From a virus (Duplodnaviria; Caudoviricetes), in the IMG/VR virus record IMGVR_UViG_3300015244_001400, positions 26,033-90,032 of that record: a stretch of 64,000 bases of DNA; one strand, given 5' to 3'. Below the pieces are notes generated by a model. It was not told the origin of the DNA. It saw only the letters and a program-made list of their open reading frames with translations, and did no database searches. The position numbers and the translations under genes were made by a program. Each line of letters opens with the position of its first letter. Position 1 is the stretch's first letter. Of this stretch, positions 10,240 through 19,695 are shown one piece after another.

Positions 10240-10638
10240 ATGGTTGAGTTAATTAAAAAGATTGCTGCTTCTAAAGAAGATGTTGTCTTTGTAGGAAGTT
10301 TATGTTTGTGGCATTTGGGTCTGGTAATAGACCCTAGAGACATAGATATAGTTGTTAATAGTTTAGATGGTTTAGAAGAGTTTGGAGAAATAAAATTTTG
10401 GAATACTAAATCTCCTATGAGTGTGAGTAAAAAAAGAGCTCACATAAAAAGAGAAGACTATGATATAGATATTTTTATTGAAGAGACTTTACCAGAGCAC
10501 ACTATGATAAGTGGCATTAAGTTTCAGACTTTAAAAGATTTAAACAACCATATTAACTTGGTTATTAATACTTCTGAAGGACAGCTTAAAAACATAATGA
10601 TTGAAAAGAAAATAAAATATTTTAAACCAAGAATCTAA
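10240..10638 (+). CDS. Minimal Pol-beta-fold nucleotidyltransferase
   Basis: Signature hGS (G19-S20), DID (D34/D36) and a later IDIF strand (D77). Confidence 0.7.
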   Translation: MVELIKKIAASKEDVVFVGSLCLWHLGLVIDPRDIDIVVNSLDGLEEFGEIKFWNTKSPMSVSKKRAHIKREDYDIDIFIEETLPEHTMISGIKFQTLKDLNNHINLVINTSEGQLKNIMIEKKIKYFKPRI

Positions 10639-10650
10639 AACTTACAAGAT

Positions 10651-11877
10651 ATGATAGTCTTAATAACATTGCCAATAGCAGGACCTTCAACAGGACCTTT
10701 TAGCCTTTACTCTAATGTAGATGGTTATACAACTCCTTTTGAAATACAGGTTCCTAAACCACTTTTAGTAGCTGGCTACACTAGTGTTTCAGTACCTGCA
10801 GGAACTACTATAATTCAAGTAAGATCTTTAGGGACTTGTACTAATAGTATTAACTTACCTATTAACTTATTAGGGACTAGTACAACTACTACATCAACAA
10901 GTACTACTACTGCCCCTACAACCACAACAACAACTGTACCTACTACTACTACAAGTAGCACCACAACTAGCACTAGTACAACTACAGTTCCTACAACAAC
11001 TACTAGCACTACTACTGTAGCTCCTATGGTATTAGAATTATATGGACCTTGTAATGAGACAACTGAATATGTTGCATATAATGCAGCTTTAACATCTTTA
11101 CCTGGAGTTTATACTGCTACAAATGGTTTTCCTTATGAAGTAGTTAGTGCAACTCCTGTGAGTGGTACTGCCACAGTTGTTATTACTGATTTATCAAATT
11201 ATGATAACTTAAACAATTGGCTAACAATTAACTTAGCTTGTCCTGGAGGAACCACTAGTACTAGTACTAGTACAACTAGTACTACTACTACAGTTGCACC
11301 AACAACTACCACAACAACCACTAGTACTACCACAACAACTGAGGCTCCTACCACAACAACTACTACACAAGCCCCAGCTGCTTGTAGTGAATTAGAAATA
11401 TACCCTCCACTTACACCAGGAACTACTCACACAGTAGTGTTCTTGACTTGTGAATGGGGTACTCAAGAAACAATTAATATTCCTTATGGAGGAACTATGG
11501 GTTCTATCTGTGTTCAACCTGGAGGAGTAATTTCAGATAATGGCTCTGCAGTTAATGCAATGACATATCCTACTCAAATGGTTTGTATAGGTAACACTAC
11601 TACAACTACTACAACAACTACTACTCCACCTCCTGCAAATAACTACAGCTTTTTCCGTTGTTCAGGAACTGGTATAGCTAGTGTAGTTGTAAGTGAAGCT
11701 TCTTTAATTAATGCAGGTATGGCACCAGGAGCAATTCTTAGTTCAATGAACACTATAGAAATAACAGGTTCAGGTAATGTAAATAGTTGCTATAGTTTTG
11801 ATGACATGACTTCTGCTTCTCTTACAGGTCCAAGTGTTGTAAGCTTTGATCAATGTGAGTGTTTAAGTCCAGCATAA
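10651..11877 (+). CDS. Mucin-like Thr-rich protein with Cys-paired small domains
   Basis: N-terminal beta domain (GPFSLYSNVDGYTTPF...CTNSINL). Three Thr tracts alternate with small Cys-containing domains. Confidence 0.75.
   Translation: MIVLITLPIAGPSTGPFSLYSNVDGYTTPFEIQVPKPLLVAGYTSVSVPAGTTIIQVRSLGTCTNSINLPINLLGTSTTTTSTSTTTAPTTTTTTVPTTTTSSTTTSTSTTTVPTTTTSTTTVAPMVLELYGPCNETTEYVAYNAALTSLPGVYTATNGFPYEVVSATPVSGTATVVITDLSNYDNLNNWLTINLACPGGTTSTSTSTTSTTTTVAPTTTTTTTSTTTTTEAPTTTTTTQAPAACSELEIYPPLTPGTTHTVVFLTCEWGTQETINIPYGGTMGSICVQPGGVISDNGSAVNAMTYPTQMVCIGNTTTTTTTTTTPPPANNYSFFRCSGTGIASVVVSEASLINAGMAPGAILSSMNTIEITGSGNVNSCYSFDDMTSASLTGPSVVSFDQCECLSPA
10876..11634 (+). repeat. Three Thr/Ser/Pro tracts (about 10876-11025, 11251-11376, 11596-11634)
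   Basis: Direct translation, e.g. TSTTTTSTSTTTAPTTTTTTVPTTTT. Confidence 0.9.
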
Positions 11878-11878
11878 T

Positions 11879-12805
11879 ATGAGATATGTATGTGCACAAC
11901 CTGCTTCAAGTTTTTACACTTGGCAAGTAGAAGTAGTTATAAATAACTTTAAAAAACAGGGTGTCAATCCTAATAAAATTGACATCCTTTGTGCAATAAA
12001 TGATAATGTAGTTCCTGAAGAATGGAGAAAATTACAAAATCATTATAATACAGTTAGGTTCTTTTTTTACAATGATACTAGAGCAGATAAGAGTTATATA
12101 CCTTCTATCTACTTTAATCTAATGAGTAACCACATGAAAGCTAATCCTGACTTAATAGGCCAAAGGTTATTCTTACATGATAGTGATATAATCTTTACTA
12201 GAACTCCAGAAGTGGATTGGGCAATGCCAGGTAAAGTTTGGTACTTAAGTGATACTAACTCTTACATCAACTATGATTACATCCAACAAAAAGGTAATCA
12301 TATTTATGAAGATATGTGTGAGATTGTAGGTATAGATAAGTTGATACCTAAATTAATGAATAGTCATTCAGGAGGAGCCCAGTATATTACTGTTGGAGAA
12401 ACTTCTGAATTTTGGGATAAAATAGAGAGTGATAGTGTCAAACTTTATTCTTACTTTTGTAAAACAGAACATCTCTACAATAAAAAGTTTGAAGGAGATT
12501 TTCCTATCCAAAAATGGACTGCAGGGATGTGGGCCTTTCTTTGGAATATTTGGTTAAAAGGTCATGAAACAAAAGTGGATTCTAGACTTAATTTTGGTTG
12601 GAGTACTGATCATGTTTCTTCAGTAGAAAAGTATTGGATACTACACAATGCAGGTGTGTCTGCAACAGATAAAAACATGTTCTTCAAAGGTAATTACATA
12701 CAGGAGTTACCATATAATAAAGAACTAGTTGTAGATGAAAACAGAGCCAGTTCTTACTATTGGAAGGAAATTCAAGAGACAAGTAAACAAACAATATTAA
12801 TATAG
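11879..12805 (+). CDS. GT-A glycosyltransferase, GT95/GT96 (HPAT/SERGT)-like
   Basis: DxD motif LHDSDII (D101-D103). Ordered motifs FYTWQ, YIPS, SGG and WTAGMW parallel YFDWQ, YPAIN, LDADMII, VGG and WISEMY of plant peptidyl-serine galactosyltransferase as recalled. GT-A call is firmer than the family call. Confidence 0.7.
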   Translation: MRYVCAQPASSFYTWQVEVVINNFKKQGVNPNKIDILCAINDNVVPEEWRKLQNHYNTVRFFFYNDTRADKSYIPSIYFNLMSNHMKANPDLIGQRLFLHDSDIIFTRTPEVDWAMPGKVWYLSDTNSYINYDYIQQKGNHIYEDMCEIVGIDKLIPKLMNSHSGGAQYITVGETSEFWDKIESDSVKLYSYFCKTEHLYNKKFEGDFPIQKWTAGMWAFLWNIWLKGHETKVDSRLNFGWSTDHVSSVEKYWILHNAGVSATDKNMFFKGNYIQELPYNKELVVDENRASSYYWKEIQETSKQTILI

Positions 12806-12810
12806 TAATC

Positions 12811-13338
12811 ATGCAAGAATTACAAAAGATAAGGAGAGACATAGCCTGGCTTATAGAGCAAACTAAATGTCTTACCCAAGAGAGTAACTTAGAGTCTCCT
12901 TTGGTGGCTACTGAGTGGTCTCCTAATCATTCTGTGGCAACAGGTAATCCTTACATCTTAGGTTGTTTTGTTTGGTTTCAAGGTCATGTATATCAAAGTC
13001 TGATGGATGACAATTCCTTTCCTCCTACTAATGATTGTTATTGGACAGACTTAGGAGAAGGACATTTATTGTTAGAAGAGCAATCTGATTGGAATGCTAC
13101 TACAGGTAGACCTTTTATTAGAAACAAGCCTATCATTATTAATGATAAGACTTACATACACAATCAAGTAGTAGCTTCTGCTTCTTGGTTAGTGCAACAT
13201 GATTTAAACAAATATCCTTCAGTTTCCATAGTGGACTCTGGAGACAATGTAGTTATAGGGGACATTCAGTATATTGATTTAAACAATATTTTGATTACCT
13301 TTACATCTACATTTTCAGGAAAAGCATACTTTAACTAA
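12811..13338 (+). CDS. Small fibre/adaptor protein with a CBM5/12-like module
   Basis: EWSPNHS...YILGCFVWFQGHVYQSL...PP...W resembles chitin-binding-type CBM5/12 modules. C-terminal WLVQHDLNKYPSVSIVD domain is common in phage fibres. Confidence 0.5.
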   Translation: MQELQKIRRDIAWLIEQTKCLTQESNLESPLVATEWSPNHSVATGNPYILGCFVWFQGHVYQSLMDDNSFPPTNDCYWTDLGEGHLLLEEQSDWNATTGRPFIRNKPIIINDKTYIHNQVVASASWLVQHDLNKYPSVSIVDSGDNVVIGDIQYIDLNNILITFTSTFSGKAYFN

Positions 13339-13352
13339 AAAACAATAAGATC

Positions 13353-14744
13353 ATGATTTACTTAAGTAATCTCAATTTAAGCAAGAATCAATTACAGAAT
13401 GCTGTAATTCATCCTTTGGGTACAGCCCCAGCTAGTCCAGTAGAAGGACAACTTTACTATAACTCTTCTGCAGGAGTTAAGATGCTATATGTTTATAATG
13501 GGACTGCTTGGGTACCTGTTGGAGATATAACAGCTATCTCTTCTACAGAGTCAAGACTTATTGTAACTAATGGTACAACAGGAGATGTATCTTTATCTCT
13601 AGATATTGCAACAGTTGTTGCTAATGGAGGTACAGGACTTGTTACTGCTGATTTACTATATGACTATGTAGCTGGATTAGATGCTGTCTATTCTATTACT
13701 GCAGGTACAGGTATATCTGTTACAGGTACAAGTACAGACCCTATCATTACAAATACTGACTTAGGTTCTTCTCAAGCTATCTTTAAAAACATAGCAGTAG
13801 CAGGACAAAGTACAGTTGTAGCTGATAGTAACAATGATACTCTTACAATAGCAGCAGGAGGTAATGTAACAATTACAACTAATGCTACTACAGATACTGT
13901 TACAATCTCTTCAACAGATACTAACACTACTTATGATTTAACTAATAGTGCTACTGCAGGAGGTTCTGCAATCTTGTTAACTGGTTCTGATCTTTCTCAA
14001 GATTCTGTGACTATTGTAGGTACTACTAATGAAATTGAGGTGACTCATGCAGCAGGTTCTATCACAGTAGGTTTACCTAACAACGTAACCATAACAGGTA
14101 ACTTAACAGTAATTGGTACTACCACTACAAACAATGTAGAAACTGTATCAACTTCTAATGGAGTTATCTTTGAAGGTAATGCTGCTGATGCTAATGAATT
14201 AACTTTAATAGCAGGTACATTAACTGCTGACCAAGTAATTACTTTACCAGATGCAACAGGTACAATAGCTTTATTAAGTAATATTGGTAATGGTACTCTT
14301 ACAGTTACTGCAGGTACTGCAATGTCAGGAGGAGGTTCTTTTACAGCTAACCAATCAGGTAACAGTTCTGTAACAATTAACCATGCTGCTGTATCAAGAA
14401 CAAATAACACTAGTTCTGCTTCTCCAGGAGTTGGAGGTAGTTTCACAGTTATTGACACTGTAACAACTTCAACTGAAGGACACATCACAGCAGTTAATAC
14501 TAAAACAATTACTTTACCAGCTAATAGTGCTACTTCTTTTGCTACTACAATTTCTGTATCAGGGACTGTTACACATGGTTTAAGTACAAAAGATGTGATA
14601 GTACAATTATATGACACATCAACAAATGAAACAGTTTATGCTGATGTAGTGAGAGTAAATACAGCTCCTTACAACACAATAACAGTTACTTTTGGAAATG
14701 CACCAGCAAATCCAATTAGAGTTTTAGTTTCTAAAATAGGATAA
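13353..14744 (+). CDS. Tail fibre / spike protein
   Basis: 463 aa, T/G/A-rich beta repeats (ITAGTGISVTG, ITGNLTVIGTTTT). C-terminal VTHGLSTKDVIVQLYD domain resembles the end of the previous ORF. Confidence 0.7.
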   Translation: MIYLSNLNLSKNQLQNAVIHPLGTAPASPVEGQLYYNSSAGVKMLYVYNGTAWVPVGDITAISSTESRLIVTNGTTGDVSLSLDIATVVANGGTGLVTADLLYDYVAGLDAVYSITAGTGISVTGTSTDPIITNTDLGSSQAIFKNIAVAGQSTVVADSNNDTLTIAAGGNVTITTNATTDTVTISSTDTNTTYDLTNSATAGGSAILLTGSDLSQDSVTIVGTTNEIEVTHAAGSITVGLPNNVTITGNLTVIGTTTTNNVETVSTSNGVIFEGNAADANELTLIAGTLTADQVITLPDATGTIALLSNIGNGTLTVTAGTAMSGGGSFTANQSGNSSVTINHAAVSRTNNTSSASPGVGGSFTVIDTVTTSTEGHITAVNTKTITLPANSATSFATTISVSGTVTHGLSTKDVIVQLYDTSTNETVYADVVRVNTAPYNTITVTFGNAPANPIRVLVSKIG

Positions 14745-14769
14745 TACATCCTTAAATTAATAGATTGAT

Positions 14770-17700
14770 ATGTCTCAAAAATTTAAAAGTGAAGTAGAAC
14801 TTCAAGCTTTAAATGCTGCTACCACAGATACTGATAAATTCTTAGTATCTGATGGTGGCATCATTAAGTTTAGAACAGGGGCTGAGATGTTATCTGACTT
14901 AGGTGTGGCACCTGGAGTAGCCTCTAATATTCAACATCAAGTAAAAGCAGGAGTAGCAATAAATAAAGGACAAGCAGTGTATGTATCTTCAGCAGATGGT
15001 ACTAATATGATTGTGTCTTTAGCTTCTAATGCTACAGAAGCAACCTCATCAAAAACAATGGGGTTATTGGCAGACACTGTTGCTATAAATGGTTTTTCTA
15101 ATGTTATAGCTGAAGGTTTACTTGCAGGATTAGACACATCTACTGCAGTGGCAGGAGACCCTGTTTGGTTAGGCACAGGTGGAAACCTTATTTATGGTTT
15201 AGCTAATAAACCTTATGCACCAGCTCACTTAGTGTTTATTGGGATTGTAACTAGAGTCAATGTTAATAATGGAGAAATCTTTGTAAAGGTCCAAAATGGA
15301 TTTGAACTTGATGAACTTCATGATGTAGATGTAAAAAGCTTAACTCCTGTTAGTGGACACCTTTTAGGATTTAATGGCAACTTATGGGTAAATAAAACTA
15401 TTGCAGGTTGGTTAGGATATACCCCTGCAAATTCAGTACACAACCATGATGATAGGTATTATACAGAAACAGAATCAGACTCAAGATTTGTAAATGTTAC
15501 TGGAGATACAATGACAGGCACACTTCAAATTAATGGTAGTTGGGCAACAACTATATTAGATGGAGACAATGTTGTTGTAAGAAAACCTAACTATCCTTCA
15601 GGAGGTTGGGCAAGAGCTTTACTTAATTTTCAAGAATATACTGGTACATCTTTGTATCAAATAGGTGCTTATGGTAGTGCCAATACCTATACTTATGGTT
15701 ATTTAGGTGTAGGTTATAATGACACTGTTATAAAATGGTATCCTAATAAAGAAGTAATTTTTGACAACGTTATAAAAGCCCCTACCTTTTCTGACTCAAA
15801 CAATACTGCTTATTATTTAGATCCTGCTGCTATGTCTAACATACATAACATAACAGCAACTTCTTTTATAAAATCAGGAGGCACTTCTGCTCAAATATTA
15901 GCAGCAGATGGGTCTGTAATTACAGCAGGTACAAATATCACTATAAGTGGAGGAGTAATATCCTCTACAGGAGGAGCCTCTTATACCCTTCCTACAGCTA
16001 CAAGTACTGTACTAGGAGGAATTGAACTATTTAGTGACACAGTACAGACAGTTGCAGCAAACACTGTTTCAACAACTGCTTCAAGAACTTATGGTTTACA
16101 ATTAAACGCAGCAGGACAAGCTGTTGTAAATGTGCCTTGGGTTGACACAAACACAGTGTACACTCATCCTGCTTATACAACAAGAAGTATAGATACATCA
16201 GGAGCACAAGTTATTGATATCTTTACTTCAGATGCTATAGGTAGTGTAACAAACATTACTACTAGAACAATGACATTAGGAGATCTTGGATATACAGGAG
16301 CTACTAATGCTAATTACTATGTACTACCTTTTACAGATAACTCTGCTAACTGGAATACAGCATACTCATGGGGTAACCATGCTGGGTTATATGCTTCTTC
16401 TTCACATACACATACCTTTGACTCTTTAACTGCTAAGACATCAGGTACAGGTACTTATCAAACTACAGGAGAGTTTATACAAAATAATGGTAAATATGTT
16501 AGAGACAGTTACTACAGAACTATAAGTGGAAGAAGTGATCTTTATTCTGGAGGTTCTGAAGGATGGTATACTGCTGCTCAAGTAACTTTAACAAGTAATT
16601 GTAGTGGAGCTGTATTATATGGTACACTTAATGACCATAGATATAATGGTGCTGACTCTTATCAAATAGCTGTAGTAGCTAGAGCTGAATGTGATTTTGA
16701 TACTAATAACCAATCTCACTATGTGAATGTTGGTTGTACAATTCTTGGTAGTACAAACTACACTAACTATAGAAGTAAGATAAGAGTAGTTTTAACTACT
16801 TCAACTACTAACAATAGAACTTACCAATTACAATTTTTTGAAACTGCTTGGAATAATGATACTTGGCAATTAGAAACTAATGGTTGGACAATCTATAATT
16901 CTCCACAAACAGCTTCTGCTCAAGTAGGGACACCTTTAGTAAACTATGTGTCTAATCAAAATGCAGATTATCAAAGAGCAAATACAGCTACATACTCACC
17001 TATATTTTATGACAATGATAATACAGCATACTACTTAAATCCAAATGGAACTAGTAATCTTTACATTGTAAATGCTACTTATTATTTAGTTACTCCTACA
17101 ATATATAGTGGTGGAGGTAGTGTGTCTTTTGGAAATGATGTACAACTTAGTGGTAATTATTTAAGATTTGATGAGAATGGAGTTAGATCTTGGAATCAAA
17201 GAGCTACAGGAGGTAATTTAGTTTTAAACAGTGGAGATGGTAATGGAAATCTTGTTGTAAATGGTAATGCAATAATTCATTCAGGTAATATTGGAAGTCA
17301 GTCTGTAAGTTATGCAACTTCAGCTGGAAATGCTGATACATTAGATGGGTTACACGCTTCATCATTTTTGACTAGCTATTCTGAAACTGACACGTTATTA
17401 ACAGTAACTGGAAGAGGAAATACTACTACTACTCAAATAGGAGCTGTTAACTTTTTTGACACAAATGTAGGGACTTATAATGTTAACTTAGGTTCAGGAG
17501 GTTCAGAAGGAAGAGGTTTAGTGGCAGGGTATTCAGGAGGTTCCTATGGAGGTATTGGATATAATGTTAGACATACTACTACAGGAGGAAATTGGATTGC
17601 TCCTGGTACAGATACTTCAACTTATTTATTGTTTACAGCAGGAGGGTTTTCTTTCCTAGGAGCAGGAGCAGGAGCTGCTGGAAGAACTTTATCTTACACC

Positions 17701-18882
17701 ACTTTAGGAAGCCTTAATAGTGGAGGCCTTTATGTACCAATAATGTATGATTCAAATAATACAGGATACTTTTGTGACCCTACTAGTACCTCTAACTTAG
17801 TTGGATTAACAGTAACTAACACAATCAGTGGTAATATAACAGGAAATTCAGGTACTGTATCTAGTATTACAAACATAACAGGATTAATGGTTAACAAGTT
17901 AGCTGCTCCTGCACTGATTGATACACTTACAACTGCTAACTTTAGAAGTACTTTATTTGGGACAACAGCTAATGGTTATCAAATATCAGCAGCTAGATGG
18001 AATACAACACCAGCACCTTTAGGAGGTTTAGGCTCTTATGGTACTATGCTTTCTTGGTCAGGTAGTGATACGCATGGTTTTATAGCTATGGATTATTCTG
18101 CAGCTGCCCTTAGAGTTGGAGGAGGAAATGCAAACAATATTAACTGGACTAGACAAGTAATTATAGAAGACACTTGGGTAAATAGTAAGTATCTTGCATC
18201 AGATGGAAGATTCTATGGTACTATATACTATGATGCAAATGATTCTGCATACTGGGTAGATCCTGCCAGTTCAACAACTTCTGCAAATTTTCTTTCTAAG
18301 ATAACTATACAAGGAGGTTCTAATAGCAATACTACTATAGCACAAGCTGTTAATAGTTATGGAAGTCCTTCTTTAAGTGCTTACTATGGGACTTTATATA
18401 GCTCTAATATATTTTATGCTGGAAATCCTACAGGTACAGCTTATAATGTATATGGAGCTGATGCTCAATTTTATACTTACTATGATAGAAATAATACTGC
18501 TTATTACTTTGATGGTAGTAACACAGGAGATTCTATTAGAGTTGCAGGAGACATTGTAGCTTACTATTCTGATGACAGATTAAAAGATAGAAAAGGAAAT
18601 ATTGAAAATGCAATAGAAAAAGTTTTATCTTTGAATGGTTTTTACTATGAGGCAAATCAAAAAGCTCAAGAGTTAGGATACAAAAAGAAAATGGAAATAG
18701 GGGTATCTGCTCAAGAAGTAGAGGCTATTCTTCCTGAATTAATAAAGGATGCTCCTATAGGACAAGGTTATAAGACTTTAGACTATGGAAGATTAACACC
18801 TTTATTAATTGAAGCTATTAAAGAGCAACAAAAACAAATTGAAGAATTAAAAGAATTAGTAAATAAATTAATCACTAAATAA
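14770..18882 (+). CDS. Long tail fibre with C-terminal intramolecular chaperone (Peptidase_S74)
   Basis: C-terminus YYSDDRLK...GVSAQEVEAILPEL...DYGRLTPLLIEAIKEQQKQIEEL is the S74 signature. Internal YDxNNTAYYxDP repeats. Confidence 0.85.
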   Translation: MSQKFKSEVELQALNAATTDTDKFLVSDGGIIKFRTGAEMLSDLGVAPGVASNIQHQVKAGVAINKGQAVYVSSADGTNMIVSLASNATEATSSKTMGLLADTVAINGFSNVIAEGLLAGLDTSTAVAGDPVWLGTGGNLIYGLANKPYAPAHLVFIGIVTRVNVNNGEIFVKVQNGFELDELHDVDVKSLTPVSGHLLGFNGNLWVNKTIAGWLGYTPANSVHNHDDRYYTETESDSRFVNVTGDTMTGTLQINGSWATTILDGDNVVVRKPNYPSGGWARALLNFQEYTGTSLYQIGAYGSANTYTYGYLGVGYNDTVIKWYPNKEVIFDNVIKAPTFSDSNNTAYYLDPAAMSNIHNITATSFIKSGGTSAQILAADGSVITAGTNITISGGVISSTGGASYTLPTATSTVLGGIELFSDTVQTVAANTVSTTASRTYGLQLNAAGQAVVNVPWVDTNTVYTHPAYTTRSIDTSGAQVIDIFTSDAIGSVTNITTRTMTLGDLGYTGATNANYYVLPFTDNSANWNTAYSWGNHAGLYASSSHTHTFDSLTAKTSGTGTYQTTGEFIQNNGKYVRDSYYRTISGRSDLYSGGSEGWYTAAQVTLTSNCSGAVLYGTLNDHRYNGADSYQIAVVARAECDFDTNNQSHYVNVGCTILGSTNYTNYRSKIRVVLTTSTTNNRTYQLQFFETAWNNDTWQLETNGWTIYNSPQTASAQVGTPLVNYVSNQNADYQRANTATYSPIFYDNDNTAYYLNPNGTSNLYIVNATYYLVTPTIYSGGGSVSFGNDVQLSGNYLRFDENGVRSWNQRATGGNLVLNSGDGNGNLVVNGNAIIHSGNIGSQSVSYATSAGNADTLDGLHASSFLTSYSETDTLLTVTGRGNTTTTQIGAVNFFDTNVGTYNVNLGSGGSEGRGLVAGYSGGSYGGIGYNVRHTTTGGNWIAPGTDTSTYLLFTAGGFSFLGAGAGAAGRTLSYTTLGSLNSGGLYVPIMYDSNNTGYFCDPTSTSNLVGLTVTNTISGNITGNSGTVSSITNITGLMVNKLAAPALIDTLTTANFRSTLFGTTANGYQISAARWNTTPAPLGGLGSYGTMLSWSGSDTHGFIAMDYSAAALRVGGGNANNINWTRQVIIEDTWVNSKYLASDGRFYGTIYYDANDSAYWVDPASSTTSANFLSKITIQGGSNSNTTIAQAVNSYGSPSLSAYYGTLYSSNIFYAGNPTGTAYNVYGADAQFYTYYDRNNTAYYFDGSNTGDSIRVAGDIVAYYSDDRLKDRKGNIENAIEKVLSLNGFYYEANQKAQELGYKKKMEIGVSAQEVEAILPELIKDAPIGQGYKTLDYGRLTPLLIEAIKEQQKQIEELKELVNKLITK

Positions 18883-18890
18883 CAAACAAA

Positions 18891-19262
18891 ATGGAATACA
18901 CTTGGAAAATCACAGGAGTGAAAACAATGGATACTGATAGTGTTGAAAATGCTATTGTCCAAACTTATTGGGAAAAAACTGGTACTGATGCTGAAGGTAA
19001 TGAAGGCAAATTTACAGGGGCTACCCCATTTCCTAAATCTAGTATTGACCCTGATAAATTTGTCTCTTTTGACAAACTAACAGAAGAAGTAGTATTAGGA
19101 TGGATTAAAGATGTTGTAATAGGTTCTTATGAAGAACATGTTAACAGTCAAATTCAAAAACAAATTGATGCTAAAATAATCAAACAACCTTCTTTGCCTT
19201 GGGCACCTGAAGAAGTTGTAGAACCTATTATAGAACCAGTTGTACTAACTACAGAAGAGTAA
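18891..19262 (+). CDS. Tail-fibre-associated small protein
   Basis: 123 aa (YTWKI...LTEEVVLGWIK...LPW), a type often found next to S74 fibres. Confidence 0.5.
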   Translation: MEYTWKITGVKTMDTDSVENAIVQTYWEKTGTDAEGNEGKFTGATPFPKSSIDPDKFVSFDKLTEEVVLGWIKDVVIGSYEEHVNSQIQKQIDAKIIKQPSLPWAPEEVVEPIIEPVVLTTEE

Positions 19263-19268
19263 TAAGTT

Positions 19269-19685
19269 ATGCCTTTACCTGGTAGTGGACAATTAAGCTT
19301 TTCAGCAATAGCAGGTGAGTTAGGTGTATCTCTTAGTAATGTATCTCTAAGAAATATGTCTAGCTCAGCTAGCTTTTCTACACCTGATAGGGTCAGTGAT
19401 TTTTATGGTTACACTTCAGGAGGAAGTGTTACTTATACTTACTTTAATTCTTACTATGCAGGAGACCCTTGTAACTATGATTACTGGGATATTTACTTAG
19501 GGAGTGATGGAGTATACTACAGGTTTGATGGGACATATTATGACCCTATGTATAATTATACAGATTTTTGGTATGAGTTCTTATATTATGAACCAGGTTT
19601 TGGAGCTAATGTTTACAATGTTTGGGAAATAAACATCCCTTCAACAACATTAACAGATCAAGGATATGCTTTAAGCTACTGTTAA
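19269..19685 (+). CDS. Fibre-associated small virion protein
   Basis: N-terminal MPLPGSGQLSFSAIAGEL...SDFYGY motif followed by a Tyr-rich domain. Confidence 0.5.
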   Translation: MPLPGSGQLSFSAIAGELGVSLSNVSLRNMSSSASFSTPDRVSDFYGYTSGGSVTYTYFNSYYAGDPCNYDYWDIYLGSDGVYYRFDGTYYDPMYNYTDFWYEFLYYEPGFGANVYNVWEINIPSTTLTDQGYALSYC

Positions 19686-19695
19686 AAAATAAGAT

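Noticed and set aside
9701-11634. Thr tracts as microsatellite or assembly artefact
   Set aside because: Codons are heterogeneous, the frame is preserved, and tracts occur in two separate genes.
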